Below, in pieces: positions 29,752 to 38,128 of a DNA stretch of 64,000 bases. The stretch's first letter is position 1. Each line of letters starts with the position of its first letter. The notes below the pieces were generated by a model. It was given only the letters and a program-made list of their open reading frames with translations, did not search any database and was not told the origin of the DNA. Origin of the DNA: a virus; IMG/VR virus record IMGVR_UViG_3300008111_000019, positions 47,088 to 111,087 of that record; one strand, given 5' to 3'. The position numbers and the translations under genes were made by a program.

Positions 29752-29867
29752 TTCTTTTTACCTATACCATGATTAGTAAAGTCGCATAATTTGTGGTATC
29801 CCATATTATAACAGGCACAATGTTTTCCTAATATCCAACGGGCTAATACTATTCTAAGTTTAGTCAT
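29748..29867 (-). CDS. Small unannotated ORF, 39 aa (MTKLRIVLARWILGKHCACYNMGYHKLCDFTNHGIGKKK)
   Basis: Fills the gap exactly; stop overlaps next ATG (ATGA). Confidence 0.6.
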   Translation of the reverse strand: MTKLRIVLARWILGKHCACYNMGYHKLCDFTNHGIGKKK

Positions 29868-30057
29868 TTATGAGGTCTCCGGTTATCGCATTAATTTTCA
29901 TTCCGGATTCGTTGACAAAGTAAGGTTGGCACATTTTTTCACCGTCCCATTTTTGTCCGCACCAACATTGACCTTCTGAATTAATGACACAAGAATCAGT
30001 ACCGCAACAACGATTATCCATGTATTCGCCTGCAGTAGTAAATTTTAGGTCATTCAT
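29860..30057 (-). CDS. Small Cys-rich hypothetical protein
   Basis: CC..C..CWC..C; ATGA coupling. Confidence 0.6.
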   Translation of the reverse strand: MNDLKFTTAGEYMDNRCCGTDSCVINSEGQCWCGQKWDGEKMCQPYFVNESGMKINAITGDLIND

Positions 30058-30638
30058 TTAGTCCACCAATCTTCCCAAGGGAAATCAACCCAAACATCAT
30101 TTTCTGCTTTATTGATTTCTATTCCTACATAATCCATTTTTACATTACATTTGCTTGATAGATTATCTACCAACACAGCAAATTTTACATTATTGTTCCA
30201 AACTTCTTCCCAGGCCGGGTCTTCTGGGAAACAACCACTAGGCCAGTCTTTCATAATCCAATTAAATGTTGCTCCGGTGTCGTTGATATCGTCAACTAAC
30301 AGAATTTCTTTATAAGTTCCATTTTCTAACAAATCACCTGCGGCTTCTAATATACCCGCAACATCTACGGGATTTTCTACAAATCTTTCTCTAGAATTAG
30401 GACCAAGGGCATCTTCGGCCATCCATAAATTTGATTCTCCGCTGTTGCCGTCTCGCAAACTGACGTTTAATGTGTGCATAGGCACATTTAAATATTGACT
30501 AATCATCACAGCGGGAACAAGGCCCCCTCTAGTGATGCCTACTATATAATCGGGCCGCCATCCACTGATTATAATATCTCTACATAATTTAGAAACTAAT
30601 CCGTTCAGTTCAGACTGTTTGATTACGTGCTTGTTCAT
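30054..30638 (-). CDS. Type I phosphoribosyltransferase (purine PRTase/Gpt-like)
   Basis: VGITRGG, LLVDDINDTGAT PRPP-binding motif, WVDFPWE. Confidence 0.85.
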   Translation of the reverse strand: MNKHVIKQSELNGLVSKLCRDIIISGWRPDYIVGITRGGLVPAVMISQYLNVPMHTLNVSLRDGNSGESNLWMAEDALGPNSRERFVENPVDVAGILEAAGDLLENGTYKEILLVDDINDTGATFNWIMKDWPSGCFPEDPAWEEVWNNNVKFAVLVDNLSSKCNVKMDYVGIEINKAENDVWVDFPWEDWWTK

Positions 30639-31080
30639 ATCTCTCCTTTAGATATTGTTCGTGTTGAACCCATTTATTATTAACTAAAAATCCCCATTCA
30701 CGTTTGTGGGGTCCGGGCATAAACAGTGTCCAAGCGGTCACGCCAGGCTTAAGCTCAATACGATGATAAGAGTTAGGACTACATATACGAAAATGGCCGG
30801 GTCCTCTCCATTTACGTATCTCACAAGATTTATTGCCTTGTTCGTCAAACTGCGGAATCCATTCATAGTATCCACCTTTCAAAATTAATGTAGCATAGGG
30901 CCATGGATGATCGTGAACATCGTCTGGATCACCTTTTAGGAACTTGTGTAAAAATACGTTGAAGGGAAAACGTTTACGATCTTTTAAAAAGAGATAATAC
31001 CGTTCGAGATACGGTTCGTTATGCACACGATCAAAAATGATACGTTTGCGATCTAGTTTTTCAAGTAGTTTCAACAACAT
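30610..31080 (-). CDS. Cupin-like protein
   Basis: HDHPW..LILKGGYYE..HRIEL..WTLF..GP..REWGF. Confidence 0.6.
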   Translation of the reverse strand: MLLKLLEKLDRKRIIFDRVHNEPYLERYYLFLKDRKRFPFNVFLHKFLKGDPDDVHDHPWPYATLILKGGYYEWIPQFDEQGNKSCEIRKWRGPGHFRICSPNSYHRIELKPGVTAWTLFMPGPHKREWGFLVNNKWVQHEQYLKERYEQARNQTV

Positions 31081-31483
31081 TAAAAATCTCCTCGTCTAGA
31101 TATCGTCTCAGTTCTTTATCTGTAGGCTGTACAGTGTAGTTTTGTTTAAAAAAGATTTCATAACTATCTGAGCCATATTTGCCAATGCCATATAACATTG
31201 TAGCATCATTTCCGTCCCAAGTCAAATAGTCTTGACTCATTTTAATCAAACGAGTATATCGGACATTAACCATTCCTAAAGGTTGGATTATACTTTTGAC
31301 AAACTGTTCATTAGCGGCTAACAAAGCCTGTGGATTAGGAAACCAATATAAAAACTCTGGCAATGTTGTTTTTACAGATTTTCTACCAGTTTGGTTAAGC
31401 ATGATTACTCCTACCATGTGTTCCCATGCATTGGAAATCTGTTGTTGCACCATTAGATTATCGTGTAAGGGTGTAAACCACAT
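31061..31483 (-). CDS. HhH-GPD DNA glycosylase (MBD4-like)
   Basis: IMLNQT, IQPLGM..R, LYGIGKYGSDSY HhH motif, DKEL. Confidence 0.8.
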   Translation of the reverse strand: MWFTPLHDNLMVQQQISNAWEHMVGVIMLNQTGRKSVKTTLPEFLYWFPNPQALLAANEQFVKSIIQPLGMVNVRYTRLIKMSQDYLTWDGNDATMLYGIGKYGSDSYEIFFKQNYTVQPTDKELRRYLDEEIFNVVETT

Positions 31484-31485
31484 CG

Positions 31486-31557
31486 TTATCTCCTAATGAT
31501 GATCCAGGCAATAATTCCAATAACAATACCTACGATCATTCCTAGAGCAAATAACAT
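31486..31557 (-). CDS. Small unannotated membrane peptide, 23 aa (MLFALGMIVGIVIGIIAWIIIRR)
   Basis: TAATG coupling to upstream gene; single TM helix with basic C-terminus; contains SD of next gene. Confidence 0.6.
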   Translation of the reverse strand: MLFALGMIVGIVIGIIAWIIIRR

Positions 31558-31775
31558 TATTCTACACCTTCCCCAAACCAATCGTCAACTTGACGCTCTG
31601 CTTCTTCTTGTGTCATAGCATGAACAAAGATTCTAGCAGGCTCGCCTACAGTGTGTTGTATGTCATATTTTACAACTCCTGCTGGAATAAGAGACCAATC
31701 TCTTTCTACAACAAATTCTTGCAGATTTTTTGCACGATTGATTAAATTATCTGCTATTTCTTTTGCTGTGTTCAT
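31557..31775 (-). CDS. Hypothetical protein
   Basis: 72-aa ORF, coupled. Confidence 0.7.
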   Translation of the reverse strand: MNTAKEIADNLINRAKNLQEFVVERDWSLIPAGVVKYDIQHTVGEPARIFVHAMTQEEAERQVDDWFGEGVE

Positions 31776-31972
31776 GACGACCTCTGACTAGTACAAGAGT
31801 CATTCCACAGTTCTTGTGCTCGGCGTTTATAATCTTCTAATTCCCACTCTGCTAATCTTTCACGATATTCGCCTTCTTCTAGACCGTGCCAACCAATACA
31901 CTTGCCTGTAGGACTACGACCACAACCACATGGTGAGCCGCCTTCAGTAATTTGATCTGCTCTTATCTGCAT
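31772..31972 (-). CDS. CDGSH-type iron-sulfur protein variant
   Basis: CGCGRSPTGKCIGWH resembles the CxCxxS..C-D-G-S-H [2Fe-2S] motif. Confidence 0.6.
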   Translation of the reverse strand: MQIRADQITEGGSPCGCGRSPTGKCIGWHGLEEGEYRERLAEWELEDYKRRAQELWNDSCTSQRSS

Positions 31973-32012
31973 GAATTTTCTCCAAAGTAACTATTCATAA
32001 TTTCTTGTTTTG

Positions 32013-32519
32013 TTATTCTTCCTCGGGTTTAGGATTATCCACACTCCATGGCCACGATGTTCTAGGATCTGGACGAGGTTTAAGTTTAACATTTTCTTCA
32101 ATGACTGTGCCATCATCTTCGCACAGATCAATTTGATATGGAGCAATGATGTGAACAGCAGTATCTTCTTCCTGCCAATCGTGTTCACCATCAAACAACC
32201 AACCTGCGCCACCTTCGTAGTATGCTTCGCGAATGGCTTCTTGTTCATCTTCGCTGATATCATCACTGAACTCAATCTCAATGTTGATACTATCGTCGAA
32301 TTCACATCCCCACCCTGCATCTGCTCGAGCATAGGCAACATCGTCTCCTTCCCATGGAAGATTGCAGTCTAAGTCGCCTTCGACAAAACCTTGTCCCCAA
32401 CGATATGTTTCGTCTAGGGTAAAAGAACTGATACTGCCGTCTGAATTTTCTCTAAACATCTCTACATGATAGATGATGCTTTTCTTTTCAAGAGGTTTAA
32501 TTACATATACTTGGCTCAT
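32013..32519 (-). CDS. Acidic hypothetical protein
   Basis: 168-aa ORF, SD AAGGA. Confidence 0.75.
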   Translation of the reverse strand: MSQVYVIKPLEKKSIIYHVEMFRENSDGSISSFTLDETYRWGQGFVEGDLDCNLPWEGDDVAYARADAGWGCEFDDSINIEIEFSDDISEDEQEAIREAYYEGGAGWLFDGEHDWQEEDTAVHIIAPYQIDLCEDDGTVIEENVKLKPRPDPRTSWPWSVDNPKPEEE

Positions 32520-32527
32520 AGTGTTCC

Positions 32528-33367
32528 TTATCTCGGTGCAAAATCTTGTTGTAGTTTAATGTTGTCAAAGAATTCTTTCTTTGTACTCTGATCGTCTTTG
32601 AAAGCACCTTTAAGAACTGTGGTCTGTGTAAGACTAGAATGTGCCATAATACCACGATTCTCACAGCAACCGTGAACTGCTTGAATATAAATTCCTACAT
32701 CTTTGGCATCTGTGGCTCTCATGATTTCCCGAGCAATGTCATTAGCAAGTTCCTCCTGGAGAGTACCTCGTCTCGCACACCACTGAGCGATGCGTGTGTA
32801 CTTTGAGAGCCCGATGAGTTTCTCAGCAGCAATAAGACCAATATAAGCAACGCCACTAACGGGTTGATGATGATGGCTACACATAGAGCGCAACTCACTA
32901 CGAACAACCAGCATACCTTCATACCGATCCTCCGTATCATTTGGAAATGCTGTTGCGTCTGGTGCTGGTTCATATCTTCCTGCCATTATTTCATTAAAGT
33001 ACATTTTAGCCAAGCGTCTCGCTGTACCCTGCGAGTTAGGATCGTTTTCACGATCAATCAGCAAGCGATCAAGCACTAGTTCAAATGCTTCTGTTGCTTC
33101 ATCAATTAATTTCTCTATATCACCTTCGTGCAAGTAGTCACTGATGTTGTCACCTGCCCAGAAACGTTTCTGGTCACGTTTCATTTTAAAGCGAAGATGA
33201 TCGCCTAGATATGCTTCTTGATAGCCACCGTCACCTGCCATAGCGTCTAGTGCTGTTTCCTTTTTAACATATACTTCTTTGTTTAACGGAGTATATTCAT
33301 CTGATTTAAACGGTGCTCTAAGATCACCGTTAATTGTTGGATCTAGTTTAAATTCTGTTTTGCTCAA
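32528..33367 (-). CDS. folE: GTP cyclohydrolase I
   Basis: TARRLAKMY, SMCSHHHQP, IGLSKY.R, RGTLQE, HGC..RG, T.T; TTG start. Confidence 0.95.
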   Translation of the reverse strand: MSKTEFKLDPTINGDLRAPFKSDEYTPLNKEVYVKKETALDAMAGDGGYQEAYLGDHLRFKMKRDQKRFWAGDNISDYLHEGDIEKLIDEATEAFELVLDRLLIDRENDPNSQGTARRLAKMYFNEIMAGRYEPAPDATAFPNDTEDRYEGMLVVRSELRSMCSHHHQPVSGVAYIGLIAAEKLIGLSKYTRIAQWCARRGTLQEELANDIAREIMRATDAKDVGIYIQAVHGCCENRGIMAHSSLTQTTVLKGAFKDDQSTKKEFFDNIKLQQDFAPR

Positions 33368-33400
33368 TTATAATTCTCCGAGTTATTGTCGTGGATGACA
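33368..33400 (-). promoter_or_regulatory. Candidate compact pseudoknot over the folE RBS
   Basis: TGTC-ATCCAC-GACA-ATAACTC-GGAG; loop TCC complementary to SD GGA. Confidence 0.45.
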
Positions 33401-33402
33401 TA

Positions 33403-34494
33403 TTATTTTAACATCTCTAGTAAATTATCGCAACTAAAGAAATCTAATTTTAAAATATCTACCTGTTTATTTAGGTTTATGAAATGTCTTTCGTAGTTTT
33501 CCATGTAATTGACAATTTGGTCAATAATCAATGGTCTATGTGCTTTGTATGCATCGAATGATTCTGTCCATACTGACGGATACTTAAAACAATCTAAAGC
33601 CATTTCTCTGTAACTGAGTCGGTCAGGTACCATAGGAATAGCATCTACTAATGCACCTTCGTACCAACTGATGCCTAGTGTTTCTTGTAGATTGGCACTG
33701 AATACCAATTTTGCTTCACCTAACAAGTTATGATACTCATTCTTTGATAATTGCTGATCCTGGCACACAACAAACTCGTACTGTGGCAATTGTTCTTTTA
33801 GATCTCTAAAAATTTCAACTTGTTTCTCAGGAGCAATACGATGCGGAAAAAGAATTAAATCTCTCTTAGGCATATTTTTATACATCAGCAGAGTATCTGC
33901 CATATACTCCATTGGCCAACCTGTCCGAACAATTTTTTTAGAATCTAACAAATGTTTTTTGTCTTCATTATAATAGCCAAGCCCATCATTTAATTCTAAT
34001 AGATTGTTTAAGAACATTTCAATATGAAAGTCTGTGGCAAAATAGTTGTAGTTGATAGCATGAAAGAAAGACTTTTCAGCGTGTCTAACCCAGGGAGCAT
34101 CTCCAATAAGCCTTCCTAAAAAGTCTTGCGGATCATAACTGCCAGCATGCCATAAAGCGTGTATCTTGACAGGTATGCCAAGAAGTTCACTCATGTACTT
34201 TAAGTTTATGATACCGGGATGCCAAGCATCAGTAAAGATGAACTGATCATTAGGCTTAACTGATCCGGAGCAAAATAACCTACTAATCTGTTCAACTTGA
34301 CTAGACTTATAGATATTAGTGCCGCCGAAATTAAGAAAGGCGCCAGGAGTAGTGGCACGAGGAATATCCTCAGGGCCACTGATAACTTGAACATCATGTC
34401 CGTGTCTCCGCAAAAGATCGGGTAGGTGGGTTTTCCACTGACCCGTGTATCTTGTTTCTACTGATTCGAGATCAACGAGAAAAACGTTGCTCAT
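33403..34494 (-). CDS. GT-B fold glycosyltransferase (GT4-like)
   Basis: ILFPHRIAPEKQ..ETLGISWYEG..P.VPDRLSY.E (E-x7-E motif); lies between queD-like and folE. Confidence 0.75.
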   Translation of the reverse strand: MSNVFLVDLESVETRYTGQWKTHLPDLLRRHGHDVQVISGPEDIPRATTPGAFLNFGGTNIYKSSQVEQISRLFCSGSVKPNDQFIFTDAWHPGIINLKYMSELLGIPVKIHALWHAGSYDPQDFLGRLIGDAPWVRHAEKSFFHAINYNYFATDFHIEMFLNNLLELNDGLGYYNEDKKHLLDSKKIVRTGWPMEYMADTLLMYKNMPKRDLILFPHRIAPEKQVEIFRDLKEQLPQYEFVVCQDQQLSKNEYHNLLGEAKLVFSANLQETLGISWYEGALVDAIPMVPDRLSYREMALDCFKYPSVWTESFDAYKAHRPLIIDQIVNYMENYERHFINLNKQVDILKLDFFSCDNLLEMLK

Positions 34495-34723
34495 TGCGTC
34501 TTCCGTTATTGTCCCAACGTGGGTTCTTACCTTGGTAAGGTCTACGTGGACGCTTACTTGCTAGATAAGCAGAGTAATTTGCAGAATCTTTGCGGTAAAG
34601 ATCAGCAGGGTTAAAATCGCAGAGTTCAAATCTGCACCAATCGTGGTAGGCCTCAAGGTCATCCCACACTCTTACAACATCAGGACGATTTTCAAAGTAC
34701 CTGTAGTCCTTGTAGTTTTTCAT
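34472..34723 (-). CDS. Hypothetical protein
   Basis: 83-aa ORF, SD AAGGA. Confidence 0.7.
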   Translation of the reverse strand: MKNYKDYRYFENRPDVVRVWDDLEAYHDWCRFELCDFNPADLYRKDSANYSAYLASKRPRRPYQGKNPRWDNNGRRNEQRFSR

Positions 34724-34734
34724 CTGTATTCCTT

Positions 34735-35124
34735 TTAGTATTTGATGAATGAACCATTTTCTCCGTCTTCGGAGACCTCAATCCAAACCTCTCGGCCTGG
34801 ATACTTTTGTGAAATCATGTCATATAAATCATCTGACATCATTTCGCAACTCTTAAAGTCTAAACTGATTGTAGCATCTTTATAAAGATTTAGCAACCAT
34901 CGTTTGAACTGAATAAACTCAATATCGCGATCGTTATGCGTTACGCCAATCCAAACTTTAAAATGGAATATATGGCGATGCGGATAACCTAGAAAACTTA
35001 CATCGTATTCGTCACCTGTGGCAAGTGCTGGATCTGTAAGTGCGGCTGGATATTTGTGCATACCTTCTTTCTGAAAGGTAACCCAAATCATTTTGTTAGG
35101 TCGTTGGTCTTGTCTAATAATCAT
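34735..35124 (-). CDS. queD: QueD-like 6-carboxytetrahydropterin synthase (T-fold)
   Basis: F..EGMH..HRH.FHF.V..EF..SCEM..IEVSEDGEN pattern of QueD/PTPS; context with folE/queE. Confidence 0.7.
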   Translation of the reverse strand: MIIRQDQRPNKMIWVTFQKEGMHKYPAALTDPALATGDEYDVSFLGYPHRHIFHFKVWIGVTHNDRDIEFIQFKRWLLNLYKDATISLDFKSCEMMSDDLYDMISQKYPGREVWIEVSEDGENGSFIKY

Positions 35125-35462
35125 CGCTTCAATGCCTCTATCATAACAATTTTACCTAGTGCATCACCGAGATCTTGATCTTCAGTGATAACGTGCATAC
35201 TATTAAGATTACGATCTTTGTGACTATCGTAACTACGAGTTTCTACAACATAGCCACCACTGGCTCTGTAGATCTGCAGACGCAACCCCTCACTAGAAAG
35301 TCTGTCTGATTCTATGATCTGGGGAATATCTTCTCCATATTCATCATTCATTAGCCAATTCTTGATACGTTGTCTTAGTGTTAGTTTCACTTTTTTTGCT
35401 TTCCTGATTTTACGAGACGATTGACTGGCTGTAACAGCCTGTCCATAACCTATTCTACTCAT
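35121..35462 (-). CDS. Hypothetical protein
   Basis: 113-aa ORF, ATGA couplings. Confidence 0.7.
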   Translation of the reverse strand: MSRIGYGQAVTASQSSRKIRKAKKVKLTLRQRIKNWLMNDEYGEDIPQIIESDRLSSEGLRLQIYRASGGYVVETRSYDSHKDRNLNSMHVITEDQDLGDALGKIVMIEALKR

Positions 35463-36016
35463 TGTAATATTTCATCCTTGCCATATTGATCCCAATCGGT
35501 AAACTTATCTCTTCCCAGAAGGTCCTGTAGGTTATGGCACCATACCCCAGGATTGGTTGCACTAAAATCTTTATCGTCTATCTTCAGCGTAGCATTATAG
35601 CCTAGTTGATTAATATAAGGTAATTTTACACTAATTTGCGGAATAAATCTACGCTTTTCGGTAAGACCACTCTCTAGCAATCCTTCCGTTTCTTTAACAT
35701 CAAAGTCCAGCGTACACCAAAGATTATATTCACTGTCAAGGCAGACATAGATCATGTTTTCCCAAGGACGCCATGTTTCACTATCGTTAACACCGTTGGT
35801 CTTAAAACTTTGATTAGCACCAAAGTAGATATGTGTGATATGTTTAGATTGATCGGTGTATGATCTAGATTCTTTTACAATATCTAAAATTGTGTAAGGA
35901 TCATGCACTCCTACTACAAACAGAGTTTTCATTCCGTATGCAGGAGTTTTTTCAATCTCTACGCCTGTGAAGAATGTAATATCTGAGGCAATACCGTCTT
36001 TGTAATCTCTTTTCAT
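35459..36016 (-). CDS. Hypothetical protein within deazaguanine cluster
   Basis: 185-aa ORF (HIYFGANQSF, KIDD.DF..TNPGVW). Confidence 0.75.
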   Translation of the reverse strand: MKRDYKDGIASDITFFTGVEIEKTPAYGMKTLFVVGVHDPYTILDIVKESRSYTDQSKHITHIYFGANQSFKTNGVNDSETWRPWENMIYVCLDSEYNLWCTLDFDVKETEGLLESGLTEKRRFIPQISVKLPYINQLGYNATLKIDDKDFSATNPGVWCHNLQDLLGRDKFTDWDQYGKDEILQ

Positions 36017-36034
36017 ACTGCTTTCTTTTTAAAG

Positions 36035-36244
36035 TTATCTGTCATCGTCAAAATCTATAGTTTCGTTATCATGTTCCCATTGCTTACGTTTAAGTTTAGC
36101 AATTTCGTCTCGAAGATGCAACCTTTGTTTCTTCAAATCGTGCATACTGGTATCTTCGTATTTGCCATCACGTATTAAAAGATCAATTTGTTTGTCCAAA
36201 ACACGGTGCGCTTCTTCTAAATGTGCTATACGATTTTCGTACAT
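36035..36244 (-). CDS. YdcH/DUF465-like coiled-coil protein
   Basis: LEEAHRVLDKQI..LKKQRLHLRDEI. Confidence 0.7.
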   Translation of the reverse strand: MYENRIAHLEEAHRVLDKQIDLLIRDGKYEDTSMHDLKKQRLHLRDEIAKLKRKQWEHDNETIDFDDDR

Positions 36245-36253
36245 AGTAACTCC

Positions 36254-37771
36254 TTAATCAACTTTTAGATTATCTAATGCCTCATCCTCTCTATCATCTT
36301 CCCAAGAAGTTTCGTCTTCTGACTCTTCATAAAAAAGTGTATGAGCAATATTTGTAACACCGCCACGTAATCTAGCACCTTCTAAATTCTGCAAGAATCC
36401 TAAACGTTCTGCTTCTGCTATCATTTCAAAACATTCTTCTTTAGATTTAAGATTGAATAACTCTTCAACGAATCGGTTGAAGTACAATACATTTCTTGGA
36501 ACCCACTCTGACATCTCATCTGATTTGTCAGCATCCTTGACTTTCCTCCAACGTCTCCAGTCTGGTTTGTGTTTAGTAAGTTCGATGTCCATTAGATTAT
36601 TAGCACGTTGAACAGCACGGATGTGACATTCTACGTTATGACCCATCATTAGGGCATAAGCAAAACTATCCCACGAAGTTTTACCTTCCTTGCCAATTTT
36701 GTTTAGCATTCCTGGTGCATAGTGGCATATATCTGCGATCGTAAGTCTTCGACCAAAATTGCTTTCGAAAGGAAAAGGTATATCGTGCCGTCCGGCAAGA
36801 CTCTTATCATCCGGGGCTTTATCCATGATAACACTGAATCGTTTAGAGGTATGCTGGGCGTTAGTATATACCAATCCGTGTGCTGTTGCAATGAATGGCG
36901 ATGCGCAATCGAAAGAGATAGTGAATTCTTCATTTACGTGTTTCCTAATTTGACGCTGAATAGCGGTTAAGTAACATGCCCAATCTAATTGAGCGGTACC
37001 CAAGAAGTGCATCCAATTTTTACCTTCTAGCATACCATCAAAGCGCATAGTAATAAGACGTTTGAGTGTAATAGGCATCTTGCACATATTAGCACCACCC
37101 ATAGCCCAACCCTCAGCAGCCCTGTCTCCATATTTGCTAGTATCGGAATATTCTTTAACACCTTGATACCATGCTTCTGCGTTCTCCCAATTAGAGCCTT
37201 GAAGAACATTTAACAGTTTAGTTCCGCCTTCTTTAGAACCTATAAACTTTGTCTTGTCTAAACAATCATCAAATGTTTTTAATCCAGTCTTTGGACTATG
37301 AATGTGATCGCAGGCCCAGGTAGGAACGTCTAACATCATTGACCAGTCAGCAGTAACGTCTAGCCAAGTTAAGATCTTTTTTCTAACTTTATTGGCTTCC
37401 TCACCTTCAAAATTCTGCCAATCGAATTTGATAACACCTTTACCAATCTGATATCCGCCTGAGTCACCTAAGATCATTGTCTTTGAACGATCGCGATCTT
37501 GAATCATTAATTCTTGTTTAAGACTTTTTTCAATATCCAACTGTGCATGACCTGCTGAATACAACGCATTTTTGTAATAAAAATATCCTTGTTCTGGATT
37601 TAAGAAGTTCATTCCTTCGATACCGCGATCAAATCCTGATGGAATACGATTCTTAGGAATAAATTCTTCTTTACGTTGTTTATCTACATATGTACTGTAA
37701 AAAGAACTGATAGCGGGTAGATATACTGCATAGTCTTTTTGTAATGGTGTTAGGTCAATTGGTTGTTTCAT
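36254..37771 (-). CDS. dpdA: TGT-fold guanine transglycosylase (DpdA-like)
   Basis: MILGDSGGYQ, MMLDVP, NVLQG, MHFLG, ISFDCASP: ordered TGT catalytic motifs; no recognisable tRNA-TGT CxCxxC Zn site; clustered with folE/queD/queE. Confidence 0.7.
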   Translation of the reverse strand: MKQPIDLTPLQKDYAVYLPAISSFYSTYVDKQRKEEFIPKNRIPSGFDRGIEGMNFLNPEQGYFYYKNALYSAGHAQLDIEKSLKQELMIQDRDRSKTMILGDSGGYQIGKGVIKFDWQNFEGEEANKVRKKILTWLDVTADWSMMLDVPTWACDHIHSPKTGLKTFDDCLDKTKFIGSKEGGTKLLNVLQGSNWENAEAWYQGVKEYSDTSKYGDRAAEGWAMGGANMCKMPITLKRLITMRFDGMLEGKNWMHFLGTAQLDWACYLTAIQRQIRKHVNEEFTISFDCASPFIATAHGLVYTNAQHTSKRFSVIMDKAPDDKSLAGRHDIPFPFESNFGRRLTIADICHYAPGMLNKIGKEGKTSWDSFAYALMMGHNVECHIRAVQRANNLMDIELTKHKPDWRRWRKVKDADKSDEMSEWVPRNVLYFNRFVEELFNLKSKEECFEMIAEAERLGFLQNLEGARLRGGVTNIAHTLFYEESEDETSWEDDREDEALDNLKVD

Positions 37772-38126
37772 ATTCTCTCGATAAAATTGCTGTAAGTTCT
37801 AATCTTGTTTTTGCCTGTTCTAACTGTTCTAATGCTATACGAACCGCTTCATTGGATGATGCAAGAGCATACCATTTTGATTCTTCATCACGCTTTTTAC
37901 GTGCCCAGTCAAGCAATGATTCTGCTTCACTGTTTAGGCCTACACTGGCGTAGTCCATATTAAGCATTATCCACGAATTGCCATCAAACACTTCCATGTT
38001 TTGAGTGGAAGTGTTAAATCGCATATTTCCAACACCTTGTGCCCCGGAATAACCGTTGACATAGGTGCTAGAATTACCGCCTGAAACCGTAATGTATCGT
38101 CCGATTGGCGTGATGTTCTTAATCAT
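37755..38126 (-). CDS. Hypothetical protein
   Basis: 123-aa ORF between clamp and TGT-like gene. Confidence 0.7.
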   Translation of the reverse strand: MIKNITPIGRYITVSGGNSSTYVNGYSGAQGVGNMRFNTSTQNMEVFDGNSWIMLNMDYASVGLNSEAESLLDWARKKRDEESKWYALASSNEAVRIALEQLEQAKTRLELTAILSREYETTN

Positions 38127-38128
38127 AT

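Noticed and set aside
33368-33400. Canonical preQ1-I or THF-II riboswitch call
   Set aside because: Loop length and sequence do not match the consensus as I recall it; kept only as a novel candidate
36254-37771. Ordinary bacterial tRNA-guanine transglycosylase (tgt)
   Set aside because: Lacks the TPxFMPVGT start and CxCxxC Zn motif; context favours DpdA-like, though not proven
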